DNA of 33,081 bases from Candidatus Hodarchaeota archaeon (GTDB lineage: Archaea; Asgardarchaeota; Heimdallarchaeia; Hodarchaeales; Hodarchaeaceae), in contig JAEOTC010000069.1 of the NCBI GenBank assembly GCA_016840035.1, forward strand, positions 1 to 33,081, written 5' to 3'. Positions within the stretch are counted from its first letter, which is position 1. Every line of letters starts with the position of its first letter. Position numbers and translations under genes: made by a program. This document shows, in pieces, positions 7,453 through 16,474 of the stretch. The notes under the pieces were generated by a model, which saw nothing but the letters and a program-made list of their open reading frames with translations, made no database searches and had not been told where the DNA came from.

Positions 7453-7995
7453 TCACTGTATAGGTTTTTTCTTAAAAATCCTCACTATAAATCCAGCAAG
7501 AGAAATCGGAACCGCAAAAAATGTGAACACAAGGAAAATAGGATGTAAAAGAAACCCCATAATGAGAGCAACGAAGGCAGATATTAATGTTTGAGTAGCT
7601 CCGTCAGCTAAACCGCAAAAGATAGAACAATACACGCCATTAAGAAAACTAAACCACTTATTCCCCTGTTTCACTTGACAGTAATAACATTGTTGTTCAG
7701 GGTGAGTTCTTCTTGCTACTATTAGGATAAAAGGAATGAATCCAATGATTATGGAAGGAATAATCCATAGGGGTGAGACAATTAATGTTGCAGGCCAAAG
7801 AAACGCACTTGCTACCATCATAACAAATCCTGCTTGAGAAAGGGGTATTTCTAAGTCGATGAAGAATTGTTCTGCAGCATCTGTGAGAAAAGTTGTACTT
7901 AGAAATCCATAAATCGCTCCAATTAGGACATAAGTTAGAACAATGAGTATATAGTCTTGATAATTGCTGGATTTATTGTTTGACATATGTTTCAC
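7453..7995 (-). CDS. Membrane protein with a TRASH/FCS-like zinc motif
   Basis: Hydrophobic helices flank CYYC-x16-YCSIFC. Confidence 0.65.
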   Translation of the reverse strand: MKHMSNNKSSNYQDYILIVLTYVLIGAIYGFLSTTFLTDAAEQFFIDLEIPLSQAGFVMMVASAFLWPATLIVSPLWIIPSIIIGFIPFILIVARRTHPEQQCYYCQVKQGNKWFSFLNGVYCSIFCGLADGATQTLISAFVALIMGFLLHPIFLVFTFFAVPISLAGFIVRIFKKKPIQ

Positions 7996-8222
7996 CTTTT
8001 CATAAACTGGATTTGAGGAATTTCATTAATAGGAAGAAAAACATTACTTTCTCTGCTTCATGCTCTCTTCGTCTCAGTTTTAATTAACCGATTTGCAATT
8101 CTATAAGAATTTTATGGTAGAAAAATTCAAGATTGATGTAATTCCCAAATTAATAAATACTAAGGATTCAATATTAACCTATACTAAGAATTTATTTTGT
8201 TATTATCTGGTGGAGACCAGTT

Positions 8223-8879
8223 TTGCCTCGATTAAAGATTCGAACAAAGAAACCATTGGAAACAATGAAGGAAAAGACTCCAACCCACGAGAACACTCCT
8301 TCTATCATCGAAAAAACTCCAGAGGATTCTAAAGAGCATTTTAAACTTCCACCCCAACGAACAAGAGAAGTTAAGAGTATAGAAAAAGAATCTGTCTCCC
8401 ACCCAACCCGTCGCGGTGCAAAGGACAAAAAAATCAAGGAAGAAAGCCGTAAAAACCTACTACCTCCAATGGAACACTCACAAAAGCGAGGTGAATCTTT
8501 AGTTCCGTCAAATAAAGGTAGTCTACCTAAATCAGTTCGTAAGAAAACTCCGGTAAATCGAAAGATTCCAAGACAACACAAATTCCCCTCAACACAAAAG
8601 ACTGTCCCTCCAACCCGAAAGGGAGTTTCGAAGAAGAAAACAAATCGAATTAGAAATAAAGCACCCCCACAGGTAATGAATGCTAAAAATTTGGATAAAA
8701 AGATTCTTCCTCCTCCAAGTATAAATCAAAAACGGAAAAAAGATACGAAACAATTTTTAAACAAAGTCCCTCCAAAATCTATAGTTAACAAGACACCAGA
8801 TAAGAAAAAATCGGTTCCTCCAACTATTATCAAGTCTAAAATTCCCAAAAGCAAGATTAAATTCAAAAAACCAGAGTAA
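8223..8879 (+). CDS. Lys/Pro-rich low-complexity, probably disordered, basic protein
   Basis: 218-aa ORF filling the gap, with GGAG before the TTG start and recurring hydrophobic-Pro-Pro motifs. No recognisable domain. Confidence 0.55.
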   Translation: MPRLKIRTKKPLETMKEKTPTHENTPSIIEKTPEDSKEHFKLPPQRTREVKSIEKESVSHPTRRGAKDKKIKEESRKNLLPPMEHSQKRGESLVPSNKGSLPKSVRKKTPVNRKIPRQHKFPSTQKTVPPTRKGVSKKKTNRIRNKAPPQVMNAKNLDKKILPPPSINQKRKKDTKQFLNKVPPKSIVNKTPDKKKSVPPTIIKSKIPKSKIKFKKPE

Positions 8880-9028
8880 ATCCAATTAAATTTCGATCAG
8901 AGTGATAGTTGGGTGCTAACCTTCAATTGATACAAAGGGAGAGAAAATCATATACCACAAATCAAAAAGATAAAAGAGAAAATAGATTATGTCTAATTAT
9001 TCTAGTTCCTTTTGAAGCGGTGCAGTAT

Positions 9029-9562
9029 ATGAAAAAGAATTACAAGGAAGCTTTAATTACCTTGGTTGGGGGTGCTGGTGTAATTCCTATATTATTAGCG
9101 ATATTTGTGAGTACTATTGAATTCGGCTATTCGATAGTGATTGCCTTTCCATTTTTTCTCATAGCTGGAGTTCTAAATGGGCTAATAACTGAAACTACAG
9201 ACAGTTCTGGATCTTTTATGTTGCATAAATCGCAAAAAGAAGCGATTATTACAATGGTAGGAGGAATAGGTGTGTTTGTTCTCCTGATTGGTATTTTTGC
9301 GTCATCAGTCGAGTTTGGATATGCCCTTGTTATTGCCTATGGATTTTTTCTTATTACTGGAGTTTTGAGTTCGTTAATTGACGAAAAATCAGAACCAAAA
9401 AAGAAGAAACAATTTCATCCACCTTCCTCTCTTGAGGAAGGTTTGATAAAAAGCTCTCCACTTGGTTCCAAAGGTGGAGCAAGCTGTTCTTCGTGTGGAT
9501 CTTCGATGGATAATGATAGCATATTCTGTCCTCAATGTGGAAAGAAATTTCTCCCCTCTTAG
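9029..9562 (+). CDS. Membrane protein with internally duplicated TM hairpin and C-terminal zinc ribbon
   Basis: KEALITLVGGAGV..EFGYSIVIA..FFLIAGVL repeats as KEAIITMVGGIGV..EFGYALVIA..FFLITGVL. C-terminal CSSCG...FCPQCG. ATG 9029 is preferred to the ORF-track start at 8909. Confidence 0.8.
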   Translation: MKKNYKEALITLVGGAGVIPILLAIFVSTIEFGYSIVIAFPFFLIAGVLNGLITETTDSSGSFMLHKSQKEAIITMVGGIGVFVLLIGIFASSVEFGYALVIAYGFFLITGVLSSLIDEKSEPKKKKQFHPPSSLEEGLIKSSPLGSKGGASCSSCGSSMDNDSIFCPQCGKKFLPS

Positions 9563-9564
9563 GT

Positions 9565-10212
9565 CTACTCTTCAAGATGAGGGGTTGAGGATGACAAATC
9601 AACTCGTGAAAAGCTCCATCGATCTTGAATTCTTTCCTTTTTGACATCAAAGATCATAATACCAGTATTAGGTACAACATATTCGTTATCCCAAATTAAA
9701 TCAAACCTTTCTTCTAATACTGTTAATGCTATTACTTTAATAGTAATCATGTGTGAAATAATCGCAATATTTTGATTCAAATTTTCAAAATCCTTCAGAA
9801 TATTCATCATAGCAGTGTGAGCTCGATCTCGAACATCAGCTAATGATTCTCCACCTGGAAAACAGAACTCCTCTGGTGAATTCCGCCATTTTGCATATTC
9901 ACCTGGAAATTCACCTTTTACTTTGGAAATCAGTATACCTCCCCAATTTCCAACATTAATTGACTTAAATGCTTCGATAGGTACTATTCTAGAATCATTT
10001 GCTACTATTTTTAACGGCTCAGCAGTTTCTAAGGCACGAACGAGAGAGCTAGAGAAAATGGATGAAAACTGAATATTTTGTTTTTGAAAATATTCAGATA
10101 ATTTTTTAGCCTGAAGTATACCCTGATCGCTTAGATGAACATTATTCCAACCTTGAAACGCTTTTTCTTTATTTGCGGTACTTTCTCCATGCCTTATTAA
10201 GTAGAGGTGCAT
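9565..10212 (-). CDS. Histidine phosphatase (phosphoglycerate mutase-like) family protein
   Basis: LYLIRHGES, SSSLVRALETA, GGES, IISH. Confidence 0.92.
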   Translation of the reverse strand: MHLYLIRHGESTANKEKAFQGWNNVHLSDQGILQAKKLSEYFQKQNIQFSSIFSSSLVRALETAEPLKIVANDSRIVPIEAFKSINVGNWGGILISKVKGEFPGEYAKWRNSPEEFCFPGGESLADVRDRAHTAMMNILKDFENLNQNIAIISHMITIKVIALTVLEERFDLIWDNEYVVPNTGIMIFDVKKERIQDRWSFSRVDLSSSTPHLEE

Positions 10213-10367
10213 AATATAATCGTCCTAGAAATTATAACAACAATGTTTTGGACTTTCAAAAGAAACCTGATTTGATCAAAAACATTAGCGAGCTCCTAGT
10301 TTAGGTAAGCTTTTATTGAACCTGTCCTAAAAATACTTAACTTCTCAATGGAGGTTAAAAGTAGAAA

Positions 10368-12224
10368 ATGAAAAAAAAGAATAATCTAGTATTATTATTT
10401 CTTCTCTTGCCATTATTATCTCCATTAATCCCTTTAGCGGGAGCACCAGATGATCTCATATATTTTCAAGACTTTGAAGGTACTCCAGGGTCTTGGACAA
10501 CCATGAATCCCTATAATAGCTCATGGAATTTCGCAAATGGGACTCTGAACGGCTATGGATTGATAAGTGAATGGGATGATATAGTTCTTGATGATCTTTT
10601 CAATTTGAGTGATTATACTGTCGTATTCGATGTGCTCTTATTTTCTGGATATGGAGAAGACCAATTTCACTTCATCTTCGATTACTATTCTGGTTATACG
10701 GTAATGGAATTAGGATCCACTCCAGGATATTGCCATTATATTGACAGATATGGTGGATGGTATGATTTTTCCTATAATTTTCCTTTAGATAAATGGGCAA
10801 CTGTATATTTAATTGCTGAGTTTGGGCAACTGGAACTCTGGGTCAATGATGAAATGATACTTTCCAATATGACCATGAATGTACCAATACTCGAAAATAT
10901 TGGTTTTGGATTCTATTCCTACTCTGCAGGTCACTTTGATAACCTATACGTGTATTCTGGTATCCATAGACCTGATCAACAACCCGTTGATGATACAATC
11001 TTTTACGATGAATTTAGCAGGTATAATTTGGGTCCCTATGTATGGACACATAGCGTCAACTGGTCAATTGATAATTATTGGCTAAGAGGGTATTCTAATC
11101 CAGGTGATAAAGGCTGGTTAATGACCACAGATTTAGATATCCATGAAGATCTTTACGAATATACTATTGAACTTGATTATGATATTCATATAGCCAATGG
11201 TGATATTTTATTACTCGGGTGGCGAATGAATAGTAGTACAGATTTTCACTTCATACGTTATAGCCCACAAAGGGATCTTCTTGAATATGGATATGAGAAT
11301 GAAATTGCACAAAAGTTTACAATTTACACAAAACCAATGGATTATCGTTTAACCTGGGGCCGACTATATGTTGCTACTAGAGTTGATGGTGATCAACAAT
11401 TCACCGAGGTGTTTCTCCAAGAGGAAGATCATAATCCCTATCTGGCGTTTACATACGATGAGACAAATCTTTACAAATGTGGAAATATTGCTTTCGGTAT
11501 TGACAGTACTGGAATTTATAACGAAACATTAGTATTTTGGGATAATATCTGGATCAGAAGAGGATTTTATCCTCCGAAAATTGATGATAAACCAATCGAT
11601 GAAGGTTTTACTATGGATGACTTTGCAATCTCATCTGGAGATACTTTTACCTTTGAGTTATCTGAGTATACAGGTGTCGAACCAGAGGTAGATCTTACAG
11701 GATGGTTTCGCGATGTGACTGTAGATGAAAGCCTTCCACTTTCTTTGGCCCAAGGAGATCAATTAGCCATAAATGTGTTTGATTTTGTGGATTGGGGTAT
11801 TGAAGTCGAAGTCTACAAAAATTCGGACGATTACATCGGTAAAGGGGTCAGTAATTTCCTATTTCTACCAATATATGGAAATCTGAGTAATTTCCGGATG
11901 TTTGAGGGGACCTCTATTGTTGTAGAAAGTGACGCCTACAGTCTTACATGGAATTACAGCGATAATAACGCTTCCGATGATGGAATTCTCGAATTTAGGT
12001 GGAGTAAAATGACAGGAGTGCTTGAATCACTTGAATTAATTTCAGGTTCCATTTCTCCTGAAGGTTCTGCAATAACCACTTTTCTTTTTGAGCTTGTGGA
12101 TTCAACCACGGACGGGCCTGATGACAATACCACTATTCCGACTATCTCACCCGGATGGGAATTCATTAGCCTCATGGGTATCCTCATCTCGATTCCTATT
12201 CTATCCAGAAGAAAGAGAGCATAA
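10368..12224 (+). CDS. Secreted surface glycoprotein with two LamG/concanavalin-like beta-sandwich domains and a C-terminal sorting signal
   Basis: Signal peptide MKKKNN+hydrophobic stretch. Two repeats (YFQDF...FDNLYV and FYDEF...WDNIWI), many N-x-S/T sequons, and a Thr-rich linker then PGWEF-TM-RRKRA. Confidence 0.75.
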   Translation: MKKKNNLVLLFLLLPLLSPLIPLAGAPDDLIYFQDFEGTPGSWTTMNPYNSSWNFANGTLNGYGLISEWDDIVLDDLFNLSDYTVVFDVLLFSGYGEDQFHFIFDYYSGYTVMELGSTPGYCHYIDRYGGWYDFSYNFPLDKWATVYLIAEFGQLELWVNDEMILSNMTMNVPILENIGFGFYSYSAGHFDNLYVYSGIHRPDQQPVDDTIFYDEFSRYNLGPYVWTHSVNWSIDNYWLRGYSNPGDKGWLMTTDLDIHEDLYEYTIELDYDIHIANGDILLLGWRMNSSTDFHFIRYSPQRDLLEYGYENEIAQKFTIYTKPMDYRLTWGRLYVATRVDGDQQFTEVFLQEEDHNPYLAFTYDETNLYKCGNIAFGIDSTGIYNETLVFWDNIWIRRGFYPPKIDDKPIDEGFTMDDFAISSGDTFTFELSEYTGVEPEVDLTGWFRDVTVDESLPLSLAQGDQLAINVFDFVDWGIEVEVYKNSDDYIGKGVSNFLFLPIYGNLSNFRMFEGTSIVVESDAYSLTWNYSDNNASDDGILEFRWSKMTGVLESLELISGSISPEGSAITTFLFELVDSTTDGPDDNTTIPTISPGWEFISLMGILISIPILSRRKRA

Positions 12225-12486
12225 AAACTCTCCTTCTTTTCATTTTTTCAATATACCACGAATGTCTTTTCATATCTAATACCCATGGCCCCTAGAAGCT
12301 TTTGGTAAAGAGATTATGTTTTTCAAATTGTTTATGAAAAGTACATCGATTCTCAATGAAGTCATGATATAAAATCTAGTTCCAATTGAGGGTCATGAAA
12401 AAGTATTTTCCATAGCTAGCAAACACACTGAGTACTAAAAAAGTGAGATCGCGATATCTTTTACGTGCATTGTTTTAGAATAAAAC

Positions 12487-12538
12487 TTATAAATATATAG
12501 GGTATTATCGTAAGTACTGAGTCAGTTAAATGACTCAG
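12487..12538 (+). promoter_or_regulatory. Histone gene TATA box and downstream perfect inverted repeat
   Basis: TTATAAAT at 12487-12494 behind an A-rich BRE-like stretch; CTGAGTCA-GTTAAA-TGACTCAG at 12517-12538. Confidence 0.55.
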
Positions 12539-12569
12539 AACAAGTTATCATTGAGAAAAGGTGAAAAAT

Positions 12570-12773
12570 ATGACTGGATTTGCACGAGCACGTGTAGAAA
12601 AACTTATTCGTAACGCCGGTGCCTTCCGTGTTTCCGCGGATGCAATTAACCGCTTGAATGAGATTCTAACTGACTATGGTATGAATTTAGCCAAATATTC
12701 AGTTGAAATTGCACGTCACAATGGACGAAAAACCGTAAAAGAGAATGATGTCAAATTAGCAGCAGAGAAATAA
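12570..12773 (+). CDS. Archaeal histone (HMf-like, tailless)
   Basis: RVEKLIRNAGAFRVSADA...ARHNGRKTVKENDVKLA histone fold. AGGTGA SD precedes ATG 12570, and a long T-rich tract follows the gene. Confidence 0.96.
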   Translation: MTGFARARVEKLIRNAGAFRVSADAINRLNEILTDYGMNLAKYSVEIARHNGRKTVKENDVKLAAEK

Positions 12774-12800
12774 TTATTTCACGCTCTATTTGGAATCTAA

Positions 12801-12845
12801 TCCTCTTTCCTTCTTTTTTTCACATTTTAACCAACTTTTTTCCCT
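12801..12845 (+). terminator. Oligo-T archaeal terminator after histone gene
   Basis: tcctctttccttctttttttcacattttaaccaacttttttccct. Confidence 0.5.
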
Positions 12846-12906
12846 AATTCTGAAAGTCCTTTTTGAAGGAGAAGACAAAAAATATCTCGTTATTTGATTC
12901 AGTTTT

Positions 12907-13494
12907 ATGGTAAAAATAGCCAAAGATCGACACGATTATTTTGAATATCCCAGACAAACTGTGAAGGTCCAGAAAATTCCCAAAGGAACTATTGTCGATA
13001 TTGGGGGAGGTGGGGAAGGAATTATTGCTCAGATTGGAAAAGAAAGGGTTACTGCTGTTGATAAACTAGAATCAGAAATTAACGAAGCAAAACCTCATGC
13101 CCCAGAAGCCATCTGGATCCTAGCAAATGCAACAAATCTTGAATTTCCAAACGCTCATTTTGACAACGCTACAGCTTTCTTTAGCGGGATGTATATGACT
13201 GATCCAGTATTAGAAAAAGTATTTGAGGAAATCAACAGAGTGATACCGAAGGGGGGAGAATTGTGGATCTGGGATGCAAAAATCTCTTATGAAATAGGGC
13301 CATTTATCATTCCAATTCGAATTATTACCCCTATTGGAAAAGAAATACAAACCGCTTACGGAAAACGTCGGGTGAGTTCGGATCGATCAATAGAGCAAAC
13401 TAGAAATCTACTTAGCCAAGCTGGATTTACTACGCATACTGAAAAAGAAAATGAGTTTTGGTATTTTATTAAAGCAACGAAAAGAGCTTTGTGA
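12907..13494 (+). CDS. Class I SAM-dependent methyltransferase
   Basis: IVDIGGGGEG motif I, AVD, FPNAHFD, RVIPKGG. Confidence 0.88.
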   Translation: MVKIAKDRHDYFEYPRQTVKVQKIPKGTIVDIGGGGEGIIAQIGKERVTAVDKLESEINEAKPHAPEAIWILANATNLEFPNAHFDNATAFFSGMYMTDPVLEKVFEEINRVIPKGGELWIWDAKISYEIGPFIIPIRIITPIGKEIQTAYGKRRVSSDRSIEQTRNLLSQAGFTTHTEKENEFWYFIKATKRAL

Positions 13495-13654
13495 TTGGAA
13501 TAATTCTTCATTTATTTTATAGCCATAAGGATTGATTTTTTAAAATTAAATTATTTCTTTTTCATTGAGTTGGATAAAGTCGAATTCTTATAGAGTTTAC
13601 TAATCAGAGATTGATTTATTCACTACTTTCATTTAAACACTCGTGGTCAACATA

Positions 13655-14383
13655 ATGGGGAAAAGAAAAACTGATTATAGTCTCAGGAACCTTTTATCAA
13701 AGCTAATACGAGGAAAACCAAATGAGGAGAAAGGTAGAGAGTATACATTCAAAAAAGAAGGAGACTCGCTTCGTTTTCATAGATGGATTTCTCGATACAT
13801 TGTCCGAGTTGTAGATCCAATCCCAGGAGTTTCTCCAAATCGAATTACTTGGTTTGGATTCATCCTTGCGGGATTAAGTGGTATTCTCCTAGCATTAGCG
13901 GGAGATGATTTTGTATGGCTCTTAGCAGCAGCTATTGTCTATTGGTTTTCTGCGATTATGGATTGTGTTGATGGACAACTTGCACGTGTAAGAGGTATAT
14001 GTAGTAAGACAGGTGAATGGTTAGACTTTGTTTTGGAAGGGGGAAAAGGAGTGATCCTGTGGATGTCTATTGGATTTAACATTAGTTCAACTAAAGCTGA
14101 TTTATTTGGATTTGAAATCTGGTTCCTAATTACAATTGCTTTAGGATTTCTTGGATTCCTATCAGTAATATCTATTTACTCTAGCTGGATATTTAAGGAA
14201 CCTCAACCTGTTTCACACGATCACGTCTATGTGGTCATGGCTATAATGATATTCAATTTATTAGAACCCGCATTAATCATTTTTGATATTGGAGTGGTGT
14301 TAGTTGTATTCTATACCTTAATAGAAAAGACTTTTCTCTTTGGTCACGAGGAATGCGAAACCGATGAGAGTGTAAACTCCTAA
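13655..14383 (+). CDS. CDP-alcohol phosphatidyltransferase family protein
   Basis: SPNRIT; DCVDGQLAR-x8-GEWLDFVLE; multiple TM helices. Start is ATG 13655 or GTG 13643. Confidence 0.88.
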   Translation: MGKRKTDYSLRNLLSKLIRGKPNEEKGREYTFKKEGDSLRFHRWISRYIVRVVDPIPGVSPNRITWFGFILAGLSGILLALAGDDFVWLLAAAIVYWFSAIMDCVDGQLARVRGICSKTGEWLDFVLEGGKGVILWMSIGFNISSTKADLFGFEIWFLITIALGFLGFLSVISIYSSWIFKEPQPVSHDHVYVVMAIMIFNLLEPALIIFDIGVVLVVFYTLIEKTFLFGHEECETDESVNS

Positions 14384-14469
14384 TCAAAAACCTTTTATCC
14401 TGAAATTACGCCAACTTGTGTTATTCTTTATTTATGACATTTTATGTTGAACATAGTTGGTGAATACTT

Positions 14470-15156
14470 GTGAATATTAAAAATTGGAAAGTTTTATCGT
14501 TTAAATTGGTTTTTCTGGGAGCAGGAGCGTATATCATTCTTACACTGATTGCGATGATATTTTATGCAGGAGGAACGAATGTTGATTCTAATACAGAGGG
14601 ATATTCATTTTTAAATAACTTCTTTAGTGATTTAGGACGAACAGAGGCCTATTCAGAAAAACCAAACACAATTTCTTGGATTTTATTTACACTCTCAATC
14701 TTCATTGTTGGGATTGCGTTGACTTTATTTTATCTAGCATGGGTCAGTCTATTCAAAGATGATGATTCTACTCATAGATTATCTCAGGTTGGTTCCATTT
14801 TCGGGGTTTTCGGTGCTCTTGCATTTATTGGAGTAGGGTTGACTCCAGCTGACTTACTACGAAGTCTTCATATTCTTTCTGTTCGAATTGGATTTATTTC
14901 CGTATTTATTGCTTCAGTAGTGTATTCCTTTGCCTTATATAGACACAATACTTATCCACGAAAATACTTTTATACAATACTAACATTCTCTGGTATTTGC
15001 TTGATATATATTATCCTTCTATTCTTTGGACCTTCCCCTGAAACATCTGAAGGATTGATTATTCAAGTTGTCGGACAAAAAATAATTGTATACATCATGG
15101 CGATTGTTTACGCTATTCAAGGATATGGAGCTCTTGGAGTCTCCTCCTCTGGATAA
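14470..15156 (+). CDS. Multi-TM membrane protein (DUF998-like)
   Basis: GYSFLNNFFSDLG, GVGLTP...H; about 6 TM helices. Confidence 0.7.
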   Translation: MNIKNWKVLSFKLVFLGAGAYIILTLIAMIFYAGGTNVDSNTEGYSFLNNFFSDLGRTEAYSEKPNTISWILFTLSIFIVGIALTLFYLAWVSLFKDDDSTHRLSQVGSIFGVFGALAFIGVGLTPADLLRSLHILSVRIGFISVFIASVVYSFALYRHNTYPRKYFYTILTFSGICLIYIILLFFGPSPETSEGLIIQVVGQKIIVYIMAIVYAIQGYGALGVSSSG

Positions 15157-15282
15157 GAATTTACAGTAATGCTGTTCAAACGAGTTGTATTGCGTAAAAA
15201 TGAGAGTTTTCATTAATTTAGAAGATTAAGAACCGTTTGATCTACCACAATCTTTACAAATATAAAACCTATATAATCTTCA

Positions 15283-15798
15283 ATGAAATTGAGTTTACAT
15301 AATGAGATGAATAGTATGGTCGAAATAGATCACGGATTCAATACAGATATGAAATTTGCGATTGCAGGTACATTTACTGGCGGATTATCCAGTAAAGGAT
15401 TTCGAATCATGAAAGCAGGACTAGAAGATTCTTGGTACTGTATAGAAACAGTATATCCTGTTGTAAAGGACAAGGACGAAGTAGAAGGAGAACCAACGTT
15501 CCCCTCACTGAAATCACTACCAGAACCAGTTGACGTCGTTATCGTAGTTCATAAAAAAGAACGCACTACAGAAGTTGTTGCAGAAGCTGCAAACTTAGAG
15601 CCAAAACCTGCAATTTGGTTCATGCCAGGTACAATTTCAAAAGACAGCATCGCTATTTGTGAAGAAAATGGAATGAAATATGGATCCTCTTGTATGATGG
15701 GGCATAGAGCTATTCCAGGTTTAAAACGACTCTTCAATATTCATTTCATCCATTCTAAACTTGGCGGAATGAATCGTATTCCTAAACAATGCGAATAA
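15283..15798 (+). CDS. CoA-binding domain protein (YccU-like)
   Basis: VYPV, FPSLKSLPEPVDVVIV, IWFMPG, CMM. The true start may be downstream (ATG 15316). Confidence 0.8.
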   Translation: MKLSLHNEMNSMVEIDHGFNTDMKFAIAGTFTGGLSSKGFRIMKAGLEDSWYCIETVYPVVKDKDEVEGEPTFPSLKSLPEPVDVVIVVHKKERTTEVVAEAANLEPKPAIWFMPGTISKDSIAICEENGMKYGSSCMMGHRAIPGLKRLFNIHFIHSKLGGMNRIPKQCE

Positions 15799-15820
15799 GT
15801 AACTTTCAGGAGAATTAAGT

Positions 15821-16258
15821 TTGAAATTACTCCTGGTCTTTTCATCTGAATCTGGAAATACCAAAAAAGTTACCGAAATGCTTCAGTTGGAGCTTGAAAA
15901 ATTATATTATACAATAACTGTAAAGAATGCTCTCACTGTTAAAGCAGTCAACTTAGAAGAGGCTGATTTAATTCTCATCGGAACCCCAGTCCATGGTTAT
16001 ATCCTGTTTGGTCATAAACCAGTAGAAGCGATCACAGATATGGTAAAGAATGCATTACCAGTCGATCTAAAGCAAAAACCTGTGATAGGATTTGCAACTT
16101 ATCTGTTTTTTCCTGCTGGAGCATTAAAACGTATAAAAAATTCAATTGAAAGACGCAACGGAAGCTATGTGGCTTCTTTTGCTAATAGACGTTTTAAAAA
16201 ACAAGTGCTTGTGACTAATATCGTGGATTATATTACAAAGAATTATCCCATAGAATAA
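15821..16258 (+). CDS. Flavodoxin-like protein
   Basis: LLVFSSESGNT phosphate loop, DLILIGTPVH, GFAT. AGGAG SD before the TTG start. Confidence 0.8.
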   Translation: MKLLLVFSSESGNTKKVTEMLQLELEKLYYTITVKNALTVKAVNLEEADLILIGTPVHGYILFGHKPVEAITDMVKNALPVDLKQKPVIGFATYLFFPAGALKRIKNSIERRNGSYVASFANRRFKKQVLVTNIVDYITKNYPIE

Positions 16259-16474
16259 TTTTCTCCCAAAGATAATCTTCTAGGATTTTCTATCTTTCTA
16301 GAATGGGAATTCACCCACTATCTAATCTTCTGAATCATATGACTTGATTTAGGAGAGGGTGTCCTTTTTGGATAGCTGGGTACGTTATAAACTAGTCCAG
16401 ATTGAAGGTACTTGAGAGTAACCAACCCTAACTACATGAGTTAATTTCTCATTACTGGTTGGAGGCGACAACCC

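Noticed and set aside
8093-8581. ORFs 8093-8332 (+) and 8192-8581 (-)
   Set aside because: They overlap the longer 8223-8879 ORF and lack motifs; likely by-products of low-complexity sequence.
12570-12773. Histone as part or substrate of the ubiquitin operon
   Set aside because: More than 5 kb away, with intervening genes on both strands and its own promoter and terminator. No sequence evidence of a link.
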